A stretch of 64,000 bases of DNA from positions 49,989-113,988 of the forward strand of contig CAKOYF010000002.1 in NCBI GenBank assembly GCA_934130595.1, given 5' to 3'. The stretch comes from an uncultured Clostridia bacterium. GTDB lineage: Bacteria > Bacillota > Clostridia > TANB77 > CAG-465. Numbering within the stretch: position 1 is the first letter of the stretch; each line of letters opens with the position of its first letter. Positions 49,388-58,232 of the stretch are shown here, one piece after another. The notes beneath the pieces are model-generated. The model had not been told where the DNA came from. It did no database searches and saw nothing but the letters and a program-made list of their open reading frames with translations. The position numbers and the translations under genes were made by a program.

Positions 49388-49910
49388 AAACTTTATAATG
49401 AATTGGTTCTGGAAATTTTACTCCATGTGTGTCTACTGTTACTTTTTTCATTATTTGATCTTCTAAAGGTCTGTCCATAGGACCAGTAGGAACATTTGCA
49501 ATTTTATCTACAACATCCATTCCTTCAATAACTTTTCCAAAAGCAGCATAGTCACCATCAAGATGAGGTGCATCTTTATGCATTATAAAAAATTGTGAAC
49601 CAGCAGAATTTGGCATCATTGATCTTGCCATTGAAAGAACACCTGCTTCGTGTTTTAATGTGTTTTTAAATCCATTTCTTGCAAATTCACCCTTTATAGA
49701 ATATCCTGGTCCGCCAATACCAGTTCCTTGTGGATCTCCACCTTGAATCATAAATCCAGGAATTACTCTGTGAAATATTAATTCGTCATAAAATCCTTTA
49801 TTTATTAAAGAAATAAAGTTATTAACTGTGTTTGGTGCAATGGCTGGATATAGTTCAGCACGAATTATATCTCCATTTTCCATTTCAATTGTTACTATTG
49901 GATTAGACAT
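49386..49910 (-). CDS. ppiB: Cyclophilin-type peptidyl-prolyl cis-trans isomerase
   Basis: FHRVIPGFMIQGGDP, SMAR...NSAGSQFFI. ATG at 49910 (MSNPIV...) follows AGGAG. Confidence 0.92.
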   Translation of the reverse strand: MSNPIVTIEMENGDIIRAELYPAIAPNTVNNFISLINKGFYDELIFHRVIPGFMIQGGDPQGTGIGGPGYSIKGEFARNGFKNTLKHEAGVLSMARSMMPNSAGSQFFIMHKDAPHLDGDYAAFGKVIEGMDVVDKIANVPTGPMDRPLEDQIMKKVTVDTHGVKFPEPIHYKV

Positions 49911-49964
49911 AAAAATTCTCCTTTCATTTTTCTCATACATTTTATCACACTTAAGCTTAAAATA

Positions 49965-50492
49965 CTATTTATTTAAACTATATTTATAAAAATGTGCACA
50001 TTCTGGTTTAGATATACCAGTTAAAGCATTAATTACCATTCCGTGTGTTACAACAATTACTTTTTTGTAATTATTGTATTTTTCTAAAACACTTTTTACT
50101 CTTTTAATTATTTCATTTTTTTCTTCAAAGTTATCATCACTATATAAATTTTTTCCGTTATTTTTATCATAATGCTCTCGCCAAGATACCACCTTTGAAT
50201 AGTCGTTATATAAATATGTTTTATCTGGAATCCATTCCATTAAATCTATTTCTACTTTTATATTTAAATTAAGTTCTCTAGACAATATACTAGCTGTTTG
50301 CATAGTTCTAGTATATGGAGAACATATTATTAATTGGGCATCTTGCAGTTCCTTTTCTTTAGATAAAATTAAAGTCTGTTTTTCTCCATCATCAGTTATT
50401 GGTGCAAGGTCATTTCCAAATCCAACATAATGCCTTTTATCTATTATAGAGTAATCTGGAGTTGCATGTCTAACAAGTATAAAATCAGCCAT
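49965..50492 (-). CDS. Histidine phosphatase (phosphoglycerate mutase) family protein
   Basis: LVRHATPDY (RH motif) and VVTHG. Confidence 0.78.
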   Translation of the reverse strand: MADFILVRHATPDYSIIDKRHYVGFGNDLAPITDDGEKQTLILSKEKELQDAQLIICSPYTRTMQTASILSRELNLNIKVEIDLMEWIPDKTYLYNDYSKVVSWREHYDKNNGKNLYSDDNFEEKNEIIKRVKSVLEKYNNYKKVIVVTHGMVINALTGISKPECAHFYKYSLNK

Positions 50493-50636
50493 TAATCTAT
50501 TACCTCCTAAATATAAAGTAAATATATCATAATGAACTTAAATTTACAATAAATATATACATATAACATAATTTGTATATTTTAAATTAATACTTTTATG
50601 ATATAATTAAATATATAGTGTAAAATGGAGGGGTGT

Positions 50637-51338
50637 ATGGCATATATTGAATTTAAAGATGTTGTTAAAAAATATACAATGGGTGAAGTGGAAATAACTG
50701 CCTTAGATAAAGCATCTTTTGAAATAAACGAAGGTGAACTAGTAGTAATTGTAGGTGCAAGTGGAGCTGGAAAAACAACAGCATTAAACATTCTTGGTGG
50801 CATGGATAATGCAACAAGTGGAAAAGTAATTGTTGCAGGAAAAGATATAACTAAACTTAAAGGAAAATCTTTAATTAAATATAGAAGAGAAGATATAGGA
50901 TTTGTTTTTCAGTTTTATAATCTTGTACAAAATCTTACAGCTGTTGAAAATGTGGAATTAGCAACACAGATTTGTAAGAATTCATTATCTTCTAGAGAAG
51001 TAATAAAAAAAGTAGGCCTTGAAAATAGAATGGATAATTTTCCATCTCAACTATCTGGTGGAGAACAACAGCGTGTGGCTATAGCCAGAGCAATAGCTAA
51101 AAATCCAAAATTACTTTTATGTGATGAACCGACTGGAGCCTTAGATTATAATACAGGAAAACAGATATTAAAGCTTTTACAAGATACTTCTAGAAAAGAA
51201 AAAATGACAGTAGTAATTATTACGCATAATCAAGCTATAACTCCGATGGCAGATAAAATTATTCAGTTTAAAAATGGAAAAGCAATAAGTGTAAAACAAA
51301 ACGATAATATTATTCCTGTAGAAAATATAGAATGGTAG
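50637..51338 (+). CDS. ABC transporter ATP-binding protein (MacB/LolD/FtsE-like)
   Basis: Walker [10 protein letters not shown], signature LSGGEQQR, Walker [13 protein letters not shown]. Confidence 0.92.
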   Translation: MAYIEFKDVVKKYTMGEVEITALDKASFEINEGELVVIVGASGAGKTTALNILGGMDNATSGKVIVAGKDITKLKGKSLIKYRREDIGFVFQFYNLVQNLTAVENVELATQICKNSLSSREVIKKVGLENRMDNFPSQLSGGEQQRVAIARAIAKNPKLLLCDEPTGALDYNTGKQILKLLQDTSRKEKMTVVIITHNQAITPMADKIIQFKNGKAISVKQNDNIIPVENIEW

Positions 51339-51344
51339 GTGGCT

Positions 51345-54300
51345 ATGAAAAAAGCACTTTTAAAAGATAGTATAAAAGAAATTAAAAATACATATAAAAG
51401 ATTTTTGTCTATTATGCTTATGTCATTTTTAGGAGTAGGATTTTTTGCTGGAATTAGAGCTACTAGCCCAGATATGAAGGAAACTATAGATAATTATTTT
51501 AAAGATAAAAATGTATATGACATAGAGCTAATATCTACATTAGGATTAACAGATGATGATGTAAAAATACTAAGTAATAATGAGTATGTTTCAGATATAA
51601 TAGGAACATATTCTAAGGACTTCTTAGTAAAAGTATCTGAAAATGATGAACCAGTAGTAAAAGTAAATGCTATAGAAGATTTTAATGAATTAGAATTAAT
51701 TGATGGAAATTTACCAACAAGTGAAGATGAATGTGTAGTTGAGAAAAATTTCTTGAAGTTTAAAAATAAAAATATTGGAGATACAATTGAAATTATAGAT
51801 GAAGATGGAAATTTAAATGAAAAGAATCTAAAAATTGTTGGTACAATTGAAAGCCCACTATATGTATCAAGCGACAGAGGAACAAGTACTTTAGGAGCTG
51901 GGAAAGTAAATTATTATATGTATGTACCTCGTTCAAATTTCAATATGGAGGTATATACTCAAATATATTTAAAAGTAAAAGATTCAGAAAATTACATTAC
52001 CGGTTCAGATGAATATAATAGTTTAATTTCTGATGCTAAATCTAGTATAGAACAATATAAAGACGAAATAAATACTAGAAGATACGATGAATTAATAACT
52101 AAGGCAAATGATAAAATTAATGAAGCACAATCAGAGTTAGATACAGAGCGTGAAAGTAATCAAAAGAAAATAGATGATGCTCAGTCAGAAATAGATGGAT
52201 ATAAAACACAATTAGAAAATGCAAAGGCAGAGCTAGAGAAAAATAGAAAGCAAATATATAACACGTTTTTAGATTATGAAAATCAGATTCAAGAAGGAAA
52301 AACAAAAATTGAAAATGCTCAAACACAGCTAGAAAGTCAAAAAACAAAAGCACAGCAAAGTATATCACAAGCAAATGAAGCAAAAACAATGCTCCAGCAA
52401 AATATAGATGAAATAGACAGAAACTTAGCTATAATAGAAAGTAAGTATAATGATGCATTTAATGCATTAGAAAATCCTGGAGATTTATCAGAAGATGATA
52501 TAAATTATTTAAAAGGGTTAATGGTAGAACTTACAACAGAAAAAGAGAGTCTTGAGCAAAATAAAGAATTAATTAATGAAAAAATATATAATATAGATGC
52601 TACAATATATCAAATAAATGAGAGCATTGAAAATGCACAAAATACAATAACAGATCAGAAAATATTATTAACTCAAAAGGAAAACGAATTAGAAGTATCA
52701 AAACAGCAAGCAAATAATGAACTAGATAATGCACAAGAAGAGTTAAATAGTAAACAGAGAGAGCTAGAAGACAGTCAAAAAGAATTAGATGATAATAAAG
52801 AAGAGTTTGATAATAAAATTAAAGAGGCACAAGACAAAATAATAGATGCAAAAGAGGAAGCATTAAATATTGAAAAACCTAAATTATACATTTTAGAAAG
52901 AGAAGATAATACAGGATATAGTGGGTTTATACAAGATACACAGAGTATGGAAAATATAGGAAAAGTTTTCCCAGTAGTATTTTTTGTAGTAGCTACATTA
53001 ATAAGTTTAACTTCTATGACACGTATGGTTGAAGAGCAAAGACAACAAATTGGAACTTTGAAAGCATTAGGTTATACAAAAATGCAAATATCTATGAAGT
53101 ATATATTATATGCAAGCCTTGCAACAGTAATTGGTGGAATACTAGGAATGTGTTTATGTTTCTATCTTCTTCCTAAAATAATCTGGATGATGTATGGAAT
53201 GATGTATGCTATTCCAAATTTTGTTATTAGATTTAATGTTAAAATAGCAATATTAGGTATGGCTTGCTCTATAATTTGTATAGTTGGAGCTACAGTATAC
53301 GCATGTATGAAAGAGTTAATTGAAAGACCAGCTGTACTAATGAGACCAAAGGCTCCAAAGAGTGGAAAAAGAGTTATATTAGAAAAAATACCTTTTATTT
53401 GGAATAAGATGAATTTCACAACAAAAGTTACAGTAAGAAATATGTTTAGGTATAAAAAGAGATTTTTAATGACTATAATTGGAATATTTGGTTGTACTTC
53501 AATGATATTATTTGGATTTTTACTTAAAGATTCAGTTGCTAATATTGTAAATAATCAATATGGAAAAATCTTTAATTATAATTTTATAGTAACTTCTAAA
53601 GAGTCTTTGACATTTGAGGATATAGATGAACTAAAAAGTGAAGTCCTAGAAAAAGATTATGTGGATAAATCTGTTTTAGTAGATTTAACATCTGCAAGTG
53701 TAACAAATGGAGAAAAAACAGAAGATGTTCAGATAATTGTTCCAGATAATAAAGAAGAGTTATATGATTTAGTTAATTTCTTAGATCTAAAAGAAAACAA
53801 AGTAACTATAGAAAACGACGGAGTATTGCTTACAGATAAAGCTGCTAGTATACTTGGAGTAAGTTCAGGAGATACTATAACAGTTATAACAAACGATGAT
53901 AAAGAAATTGATGTAAAAATACAAGGCGTTGTAAAAAACTATGTATATCATTATATGTATATGTCAAAAGATGTATATGATCAGATCTTTGGAGATTATT
54001 CAACAAACGGAATGTTAATAAGAACTCATGATATGACTGATGAACAAAAAGATGAAGTAGCAAAAGAAATAATGGCAAATAGTAAAGTGGCATCAGTAAC
54101 AAACATAGATAGTTTGAAATCAACAATAGATGATATGATGAGCTTGATGAAATATGTAGTATGGGTATTAATAGTATCCGCTGGACTATTAGCATTTGTA
54201 GTGTTATATAATTTAGCAACTGTAAATATTAGTGAAAGAATAAGGGAACTTGCTACAATTAAAGTATTAGGCTTTTATGATAATGAAGTATATAAATATG

Positions 54301-54548
54301 TTTCAAAAGAGACATCAATCCTAACATTTATAGGAATTTTAATGGGAATGTTTGGAGGAGTTATATTAAATGCTTTTATACTTAAAACTTGTGAAATAAA
54401 TGTTTTAAGATTTGAAGCTAAGTATAACTGGTATGCATTCATAATAGCAGCTTTAATTACAATAGTATTTACAATTATTGTTAATATAGCAACATATTTT
54501 GCACTTAAGAAAATAAATATGATAGAATCATTAAAGAGTGTAGAATAA
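51345..54548 (+). CDS. FtsX-family (MacB-type) ABC permease with two 4-TM modules and a long coiled-coil extracytoplasmic insert
   Basis: Two FtsX-like TM blocks (about aa 545-660 and 940-1060). The region at about 52110-52870 encodes roughly 250 aa of uninterrupted Q/E/N/K-rich coiled coil. Confidence 0.85.
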   Translation: MKKALLKDSIKEIKNTYKRFLSIMLMSFLGVGFFAGIRATSPDMKETIDNYFKDKNVYDIELISTLGLTDDDVKILSNNEYVSDIIGTYSKDFLVKVSENDEPVVKVNAIEDFNELELIDGNLPTSEDECVVEKNFLKFKNKNIGDTIEIIDEDGNLNEKNLKIVGTIESPLYVSSDRGTSTLGAGKVNYYMYVPRSNFNMEVYTQIYLKVKDSENYITGSDEYNSLISDAKSSIEQYKDEINTRRYDELITKANDKINEAQSELDTERESNQKKIDDAQSEIDGYKTQLENAKAELEKNRKQIYNTFLDYENQIQEGKTKIENAQTQLESQKTKAQQSISQANEAKTMLQQNIDEIDRNLAIIESKYNDAFNALENPGDLSEDDINYLKGLMVELTTEKESLEQNKELINEKIYNIDATIYQINESIENAQNTITDQKILLTQKENELEVSKQQANNELDNAQEELNSKQRELEDSQKELDDNKEEFDNKIKEAQDKIIDAKEEALNIEKPKLYILEREDNTGYSGFIQDTQSMENIGKVFPVVFFVVATLISLTSMTRMVEEQRQQIGTLKALGYTKMQISMKYILYASLATVIGGILGMCLCFYLLPKIIWMMYGMMYAIPNFVIRFNVKIAILGMACSIICIVGATVYACMKELIERPAVLMRPKAPKSGKRVILEKIPFIWNKMNFTTKVTVRNMFRYKKRFLMTIIGIFGCTSMILFGFLLKDSVANIVNNQYGKIFNYNFIVTSKESLTFEDIDELKSEVLEKDYVDKSVLVDLTSASVTNGEKTEDVQIIVPDNKEELYDLVNFLDLKENKVTIENDGVLLTDKAASILGVSSGDTITVITNDDKEIDVKIQGVVKNYVYHYMYMSKDVYDQIFGDYSTNGMLIRTHDMTDEQKDEVAKEIMANSKVASVTNIDSLKSTIDDMMSLMKYVVWVLIVSAGLLAFVVLYNLATVNISERIRELATIKVLGFYDNEVYKYVSKETSILTFIGILMGMFGGVILNAFILKTCEINVLRFEAKYNWYAFIIAALITIVFTIIVNIATYFALKKINMIESLKSVE

Positions 54549-54561
54549 ATAATAAAGAATT

Positions 54562-54591
54562 AAAACAGAGTAGATTGCTACTCTGTTTTTT
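54562..54591 (+). terminator. Rho-independent terminator
   Basis: Perfect 12-bp stem aaaacagagtag / ctactctgtttt with loop attg. Confidence 0.8.
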
Positions 54592-54651
54592 GCTATTGAA
54601 ATATGTTATTTTTTTCTATATAATTTTATTGTGAATGAGAGGATTAAGATT

Positions 54652-55677
54652 ATGATTAGATTTGATTGTGATTATTTAGAAGGAGCACACCCTAAGATAT
54701 TAAAGAAGATTGTTGAAACAAATTATGTTCAACAAGCAGGATATAGTAACGATGAATATACAAAAAGAGCTAAAGAAAAGATAAAGAAGGCTATAGGAGA
54801 TGAAAATGTAGATATTCATATACTTGTTGGCGGAACTCAGACAAATATGACAGTTATATCAAGTATATTAAAGAGTTATCAAGCTGTAATTTGTGCAGAT
54901 ACAGGACATATAAATGTGCATGAAACAGGTGCAGTAGAACTTTTTGGAAATAAAGTAATAACTGTACAAAACGAGTTTGGAAAAATTAGTGCAACTCAAA
55001 TAGATAAATTAATGAAAAGATATGTTGATGATGAAGCACCAGAACATATGGTTATGCCTAAATTAGTTTTTATATCTTTACCAACTGAGTGTGGTACAAA
55101 TTACACTAAAAAAGAGCTTGAAGATATAAAAGAAGTATGTAAAAAGTATGCCTTATATTTATATATAGATGGCGCAAGACTTGGGTACGGGCTTGTTGCT
55201 AAAGATACAGATTTAGTCCTTAATGATATACCTAAATTATGTGATGCGTTTTATATAGGCGGAACCAAATGTGGTGCTTTAATGGGAGAAGCAGTTGTAT
55301 TAGTAAATGATGAGCTTAAAAAAGATTTTAGATATTATATTAAACAAAGAGGTGCATTACTAGCTAAGGGAAGATTACTTGGATTGCAATTTGATGTTTT
55401 ATTTGATGATGATTTATATTTTAAAATTGCAAGACAAGCTGTAGATTTAGCTTTAAAAATTAAAGAGGCAGCTATAGAAAAAGGATATAAGCTACTATAT
55501 AATTCTTTTACAAATCAACAATTTATAATAATAAAAAATACAAAATTAAAAGAGCTTAAGAAAAAGTATTGCTTTTATACATGGGAAAAAATAGATGATG
55601 AAAATACAGCAGTTAGAATATGTACCTCATGGGCTACAACTGATGAAAATGTAGATAAATTAATAGCGGATTTATAG
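54652..55677 (+). CDS. Threonine aldolase / beta-eliminating-lyase family PLP enzyme
   Basis: GGTQTNM, HINVHETGA, YIDGARLG, GGTKCGA (PLP lysine) fit low-specificity threonine aldolase-like enzymes. Confidence 0.68.
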   Translation: MIRFDCDYLEGAHPKILKKIVETNYVQQAGYSNDEYTKRAKEKIKKAIGDENVDIHILVGGTQTNMTVISSILKSYQAVICADTGHINVHETGAVELFGNKVITVQNEFGKISATQIDKLMKRYVDDEAPEHMVMPKLVFISLPTECGTNYTKKELEDIKEVCKKYALYLYIDGARLGYGLVAKDTDLVLNDIPKLCDAFYIGGTKCGALMGEAVVLVNDELKKDFRYYIKQRGALLAKGRLLGLQFDVLFDDDLYFKIARQAVDLALKIKEAAIEKGYKLLYNSFTNQQFIIIKNTKLKELKKKYCFYTWEKIDDENTAVRICTSWATTDENVDKLIADL

Positions 55678-55768
55678 CAAATTGATTTTTATGTAAAACT
55701 GTGATATAATAAAATAGTTATATAAGGTAGGAGATAACCAGAGATTAATTAATTGAAGGAGGAAATAT

Positions 55769-56092
55769 ATGAAAGAGACGGTATATGTTTTTAGACTAGA
55801 TTCACAAAATAGAATTTTGGTACCATTAATGGCTCGGCAAATATACGGGTTTGAAGATGATGTGTATCTGAAATTACAAGTGATAGATGGTGAGAAATAC
55901 TTGCAAATATCTGGTAGAGAGATTCAGTTCTTTCAATCTATGTCTAAGTTAGACGAAAAAGGACGATTTAGCGTTCCAAAAGAAGTAAGGGAAAAGCTTG
56001 AATTTAGTCCACATCAAGAGTTTGATTCTTACGAAGAAGAGATTGATAGCAATAATAGAACTTTATTACTCAAAAAGGTATACAGAAGATGA
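55769..56092 (+). CDS. Tandem AbrB/SpoVT-like (MraZ-like pseudo-dimer) small DNA-binding protein
   Basis: Two internal repeats of the swapped-hairpin signature: LDSQNRILVPLMARQIYG and LDEKGRFSVPKEVREKLEF. Confidence 0.45.
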   Translation: MKETVYVFRLDSQNRILVPLMARQIYGFEDDVYLKLQVIDGEKYLQISGREIQFFQSMSKLDEKGRFSVPKEVREKLEFSPHQEFDSYEEEIDSNNRTLLLKKVYRR

Positions 56093-56115
56093 AGGGGATT
56101 CCCTTCATTTTTTGT
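56089..56115 (+). terminator. Rho-independent terminator
   Basis: atgaaggg gatt cccttcat hairpin overlapping the stop codon, then a T-run. Confidence 0.75.
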
Positions 56116-56197
56116 TTTATATAAAAAAATAAAAGACTTCATTTTTGAAAAAATGTGTGATATAATATACCTCCGTAAGAAAATTGGAGGGATAGCA

Positions 56198-56623
56198 ATG
56201 GAATGGAATCAAATGATACCAGAATTTGATGTTTTTGATTTAAAAGAGAGTTTACATTTTTATATAGATTTAATTGGTTTTCATGTAGAATATGATAGAA
56301 AAGAAAATAAATTTGCTTTTTTGCAACTTGAAAAAGTTCAAATTATGATACAGGAAATAGACAAAGAAAATAATAAATGGGGAACAGGAAAATTAGAATA
56401 CCCACTAGGAGTTGGAATAAATTTTCAAATAGATGTAACTAACATAGATGAAATTTATGGTAGACTTAAAGAGGCAAAATATCAAATTTTTGTAGAAATG
56501 GAAGATCACTGGTACAGAAAAGATAATGTTTTAATGGGATGTCGTGAATTTTTAGTTCAAGATCCTAACGGATTTGTATTAAGATTTAGCCAAGACCTTG
56601 AAAATAGACCAGTAGAAGAATAA
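56198..56623 (+). CDS. VOC-superfamily protein (glyoxalase / bleomycin-resistance fold)
   Basis: IPEFDVFDLKESLHFYIDLIGF...FLVQDPNGFVLRF, a typical beta-alpha-beta-beta-beta module pair. ATG at 56198 follows GGAGGG. Confidence 0.68.
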   Translation: MEWNQMIPEFDVFDLKESLHFYIDLIGFHVEYDRKENKFAFLQLEKVQIMIQEIDKENNKWGTGKLEYPLGVGINFQIDVTNIDEIYGRLKEAKYQIFVEMEDHWYRKDNVLMGCREFLVQDPNGFVLRFSQDLENRPVEE

Positions 56624-56637
56624 TTAGAAAAATATCT

Positions 56638-56676
56638 AAATAAAGCTTAGTTTTTTAACTAAGCTTTATTTTTTTG
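56638..56676 (+). terminator. Strong Rho-independent terminator marking the left edge of the atypical operon
   Basis: Perfect 15-bp stem aaataaagcttagtt (56638-56652) / aactaagctttattt (56657-56671), loop tttt, T-run. Confidence 0.85.
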
Positions 56677-56689
56677 CAAATCATTTGCA
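56675..56689. promoter_or_regulatory. Perfect palindrome TGCAAAT-C-ATTTGCA upstream of the operon promoter (candidate operator)
   Basis: 7-bp arms, centre at 56682, 19 nt upstream of the -35 hexamer. Confidence 0.3.
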
Positions 56690-56707
56690 CATAAAAGTCG
56701 ATTTTCC

Positions 56708-56736
56708 TTGACTTTTAGGCTACATAATTGTATAAT
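56708..56736 (+). promoter_or_regulatory. Near-consensus sigma-A promoter of the atypical operon
   Basis: TTGACT (56708-56713), 17-nt spacer, TATAAT (56731-56736). Leaves a leader of about 125 nt before the ATG at 56866. Confidence 0.7.
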
Positions 56737-56865
56737 AATTCCGATTATCAAATTTTATATCCGTTTTTTAATGATTTTTACGGACTTTAATGTATGTGTA
56801 ATTACACTGCAGATTCGATAGTCAAACAATATTAGTAGATGAACTTTTTAAAGGAGGAGAAGCTT

Positions 56866-58227
56866 ATGAGAAAAATTTCTAAAGCAGAGTATGTTTCCCT
56901 TCGTAAGAAGGGATCGAACTACATGACTTTACCTGTTCATGACGAAAGACTGCAAAAGCAATTAGCCGAGTCTGGCATAGAACTCAATATGTTTCTTAAA
57001 CAGCCTCTAGAAAAAATTCGAGATTGGCAACTAAGAAGAATTAGCTACTTAGTAGACTATGCTTTTGAAAACATTCCTTTATATAGGAAAAAATATTCAG
57101 AAGTAGGTTATACAAAAGGTAGTATAAGAACATGGGATGACTTTTTTAAGTTACCTTATCTTAGAAAAGAGGAATTAATCGAAGGATTTCCAGGAGAGAT
57201 TGTTAAAGATGTTGATGATTTTATGCTATCAACTCGTAGTTCTGGATCTAGTGGAAAATTTGTAACTATCGCGGTTTCAGAAGAAGCTATATATAAAGAT
57301 ACGTTACAAACTATTAGACAGTTCAATATGCAGTCTGGTGGAAAGTATCAAGCAGATGATACTATTCTTTACATTTATACTTGCCCTTGGTGGGTAGATA
57401 ATGTAGGAGGAAAGTATAGGCAAGATTACTTGCCAACCACAACTAGAGTTGAAGACGCTGTTGAATATATCAAGAGCACAAAACCTAGATATATTTCAAC
57501 TTATCCAACTTACCTTGAAAAAATAGCATCGACTGGTGTTAAACTTTCAGATTATGGGGTAGAGCTGGTTATTGTTCATTCTGAGCAATCAGATGCAAAA
57601 CAGCGTAGAATGTTGAGTGAGGCTCTTAATGTAGAAGTTCTTGATGAATATAGTAGTGAAGAACTAACAAGAATTGCATTAGAGTGTCCAAAACATCACT
57701 ATCATCTTGAAGAAGATGCTTGCTTTATCGAAATAGTAGATAAAGACGGTAATAAACTTCCAGATGGTGAAATTGGAATTGTAGTAGGTACAAACCTTTT
57801 AAATACTGCAACGCCAATAATTCGTTATATCCAAGGTGATCTTGCAAAGATTACCGAAATTCAAGAATGTGAATGTGGAAGTAACGGAAGAATAATCGAG
57901 GGGGTTAAAGGTCGTAATATGGACTCAGTAATAACTGAAACTGGTGAATGCGTTCCAGCATCATGTTTTATGGATTTAGCATATAACTGGTTTTTAGTTT
58001 ATGAGATTCCTGTTCACGGTCTTAAGTATCAATTCATTCAGCCAGAGATAGGAAAACTTGATCTTTATATAATAGAAGGAGAGTATTCTTTAGATCTGGA
58101 TGCTATCAAAGAAAGTATATATACTTTGATGCCACGAACAACACAAGTAACTGTTAATTGTGTGGATAAATTGCCTTATGACAAAGGTACAAAGTATAGG
58201 CCAGTTATTAGCTATGTTAGGAGGTAA
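56866..58227 (+). CDS. PaaK/CapK/F390-synthetase-type adenylate-forming ligase
   Basis: STRSSGSSGKFVTI (phosphate-binding loop), EYSSEE, PIIRYIQGDLA, C-terminal KYRPV. RBS AAAGGAGGAG. Confidence 0.72.
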   Translation: MRKISKAEYVSLRKKGSNYMTLPVHDERLQKQLAESGIELNMFLKQPLEKIRDWQLRRISYLVDYAFENIPLYRKKYSEVGYTKGSIRTWDDFFKLPYLRKEELIEGFPGEIVKDVDDFMLSTRSSGSSGKFVTIAVSEEAIYKDTLQTIRQFNMQSGGKYQADDTILYIYTCPWWVDNVGGKYRQDYLPTTTRVEDAVEYIKSTKPRYISTYPTYLEKIASTGVKLSDYGVELVIVHSEQSDAKQRRMLSEALNVEVLDEYSSEELTRIALECPKHHYHLEEDACFIEIVDKDGNKLPDGEIGIVVGTNLLNTATPIIRYIQGDLAKITEIQECECGSNGRIIEGVKGRNMDSVITETGECVPASCFMDLAYNWFLVYEIPVHGLKYQFIQPEIGKLDLYIIEGEYSLDLDAIKESIYTLMPRTTQVTVNCVDKLPYDKGTKYRPVISYVRR

Positions 58228-58232
58228 GTAAT

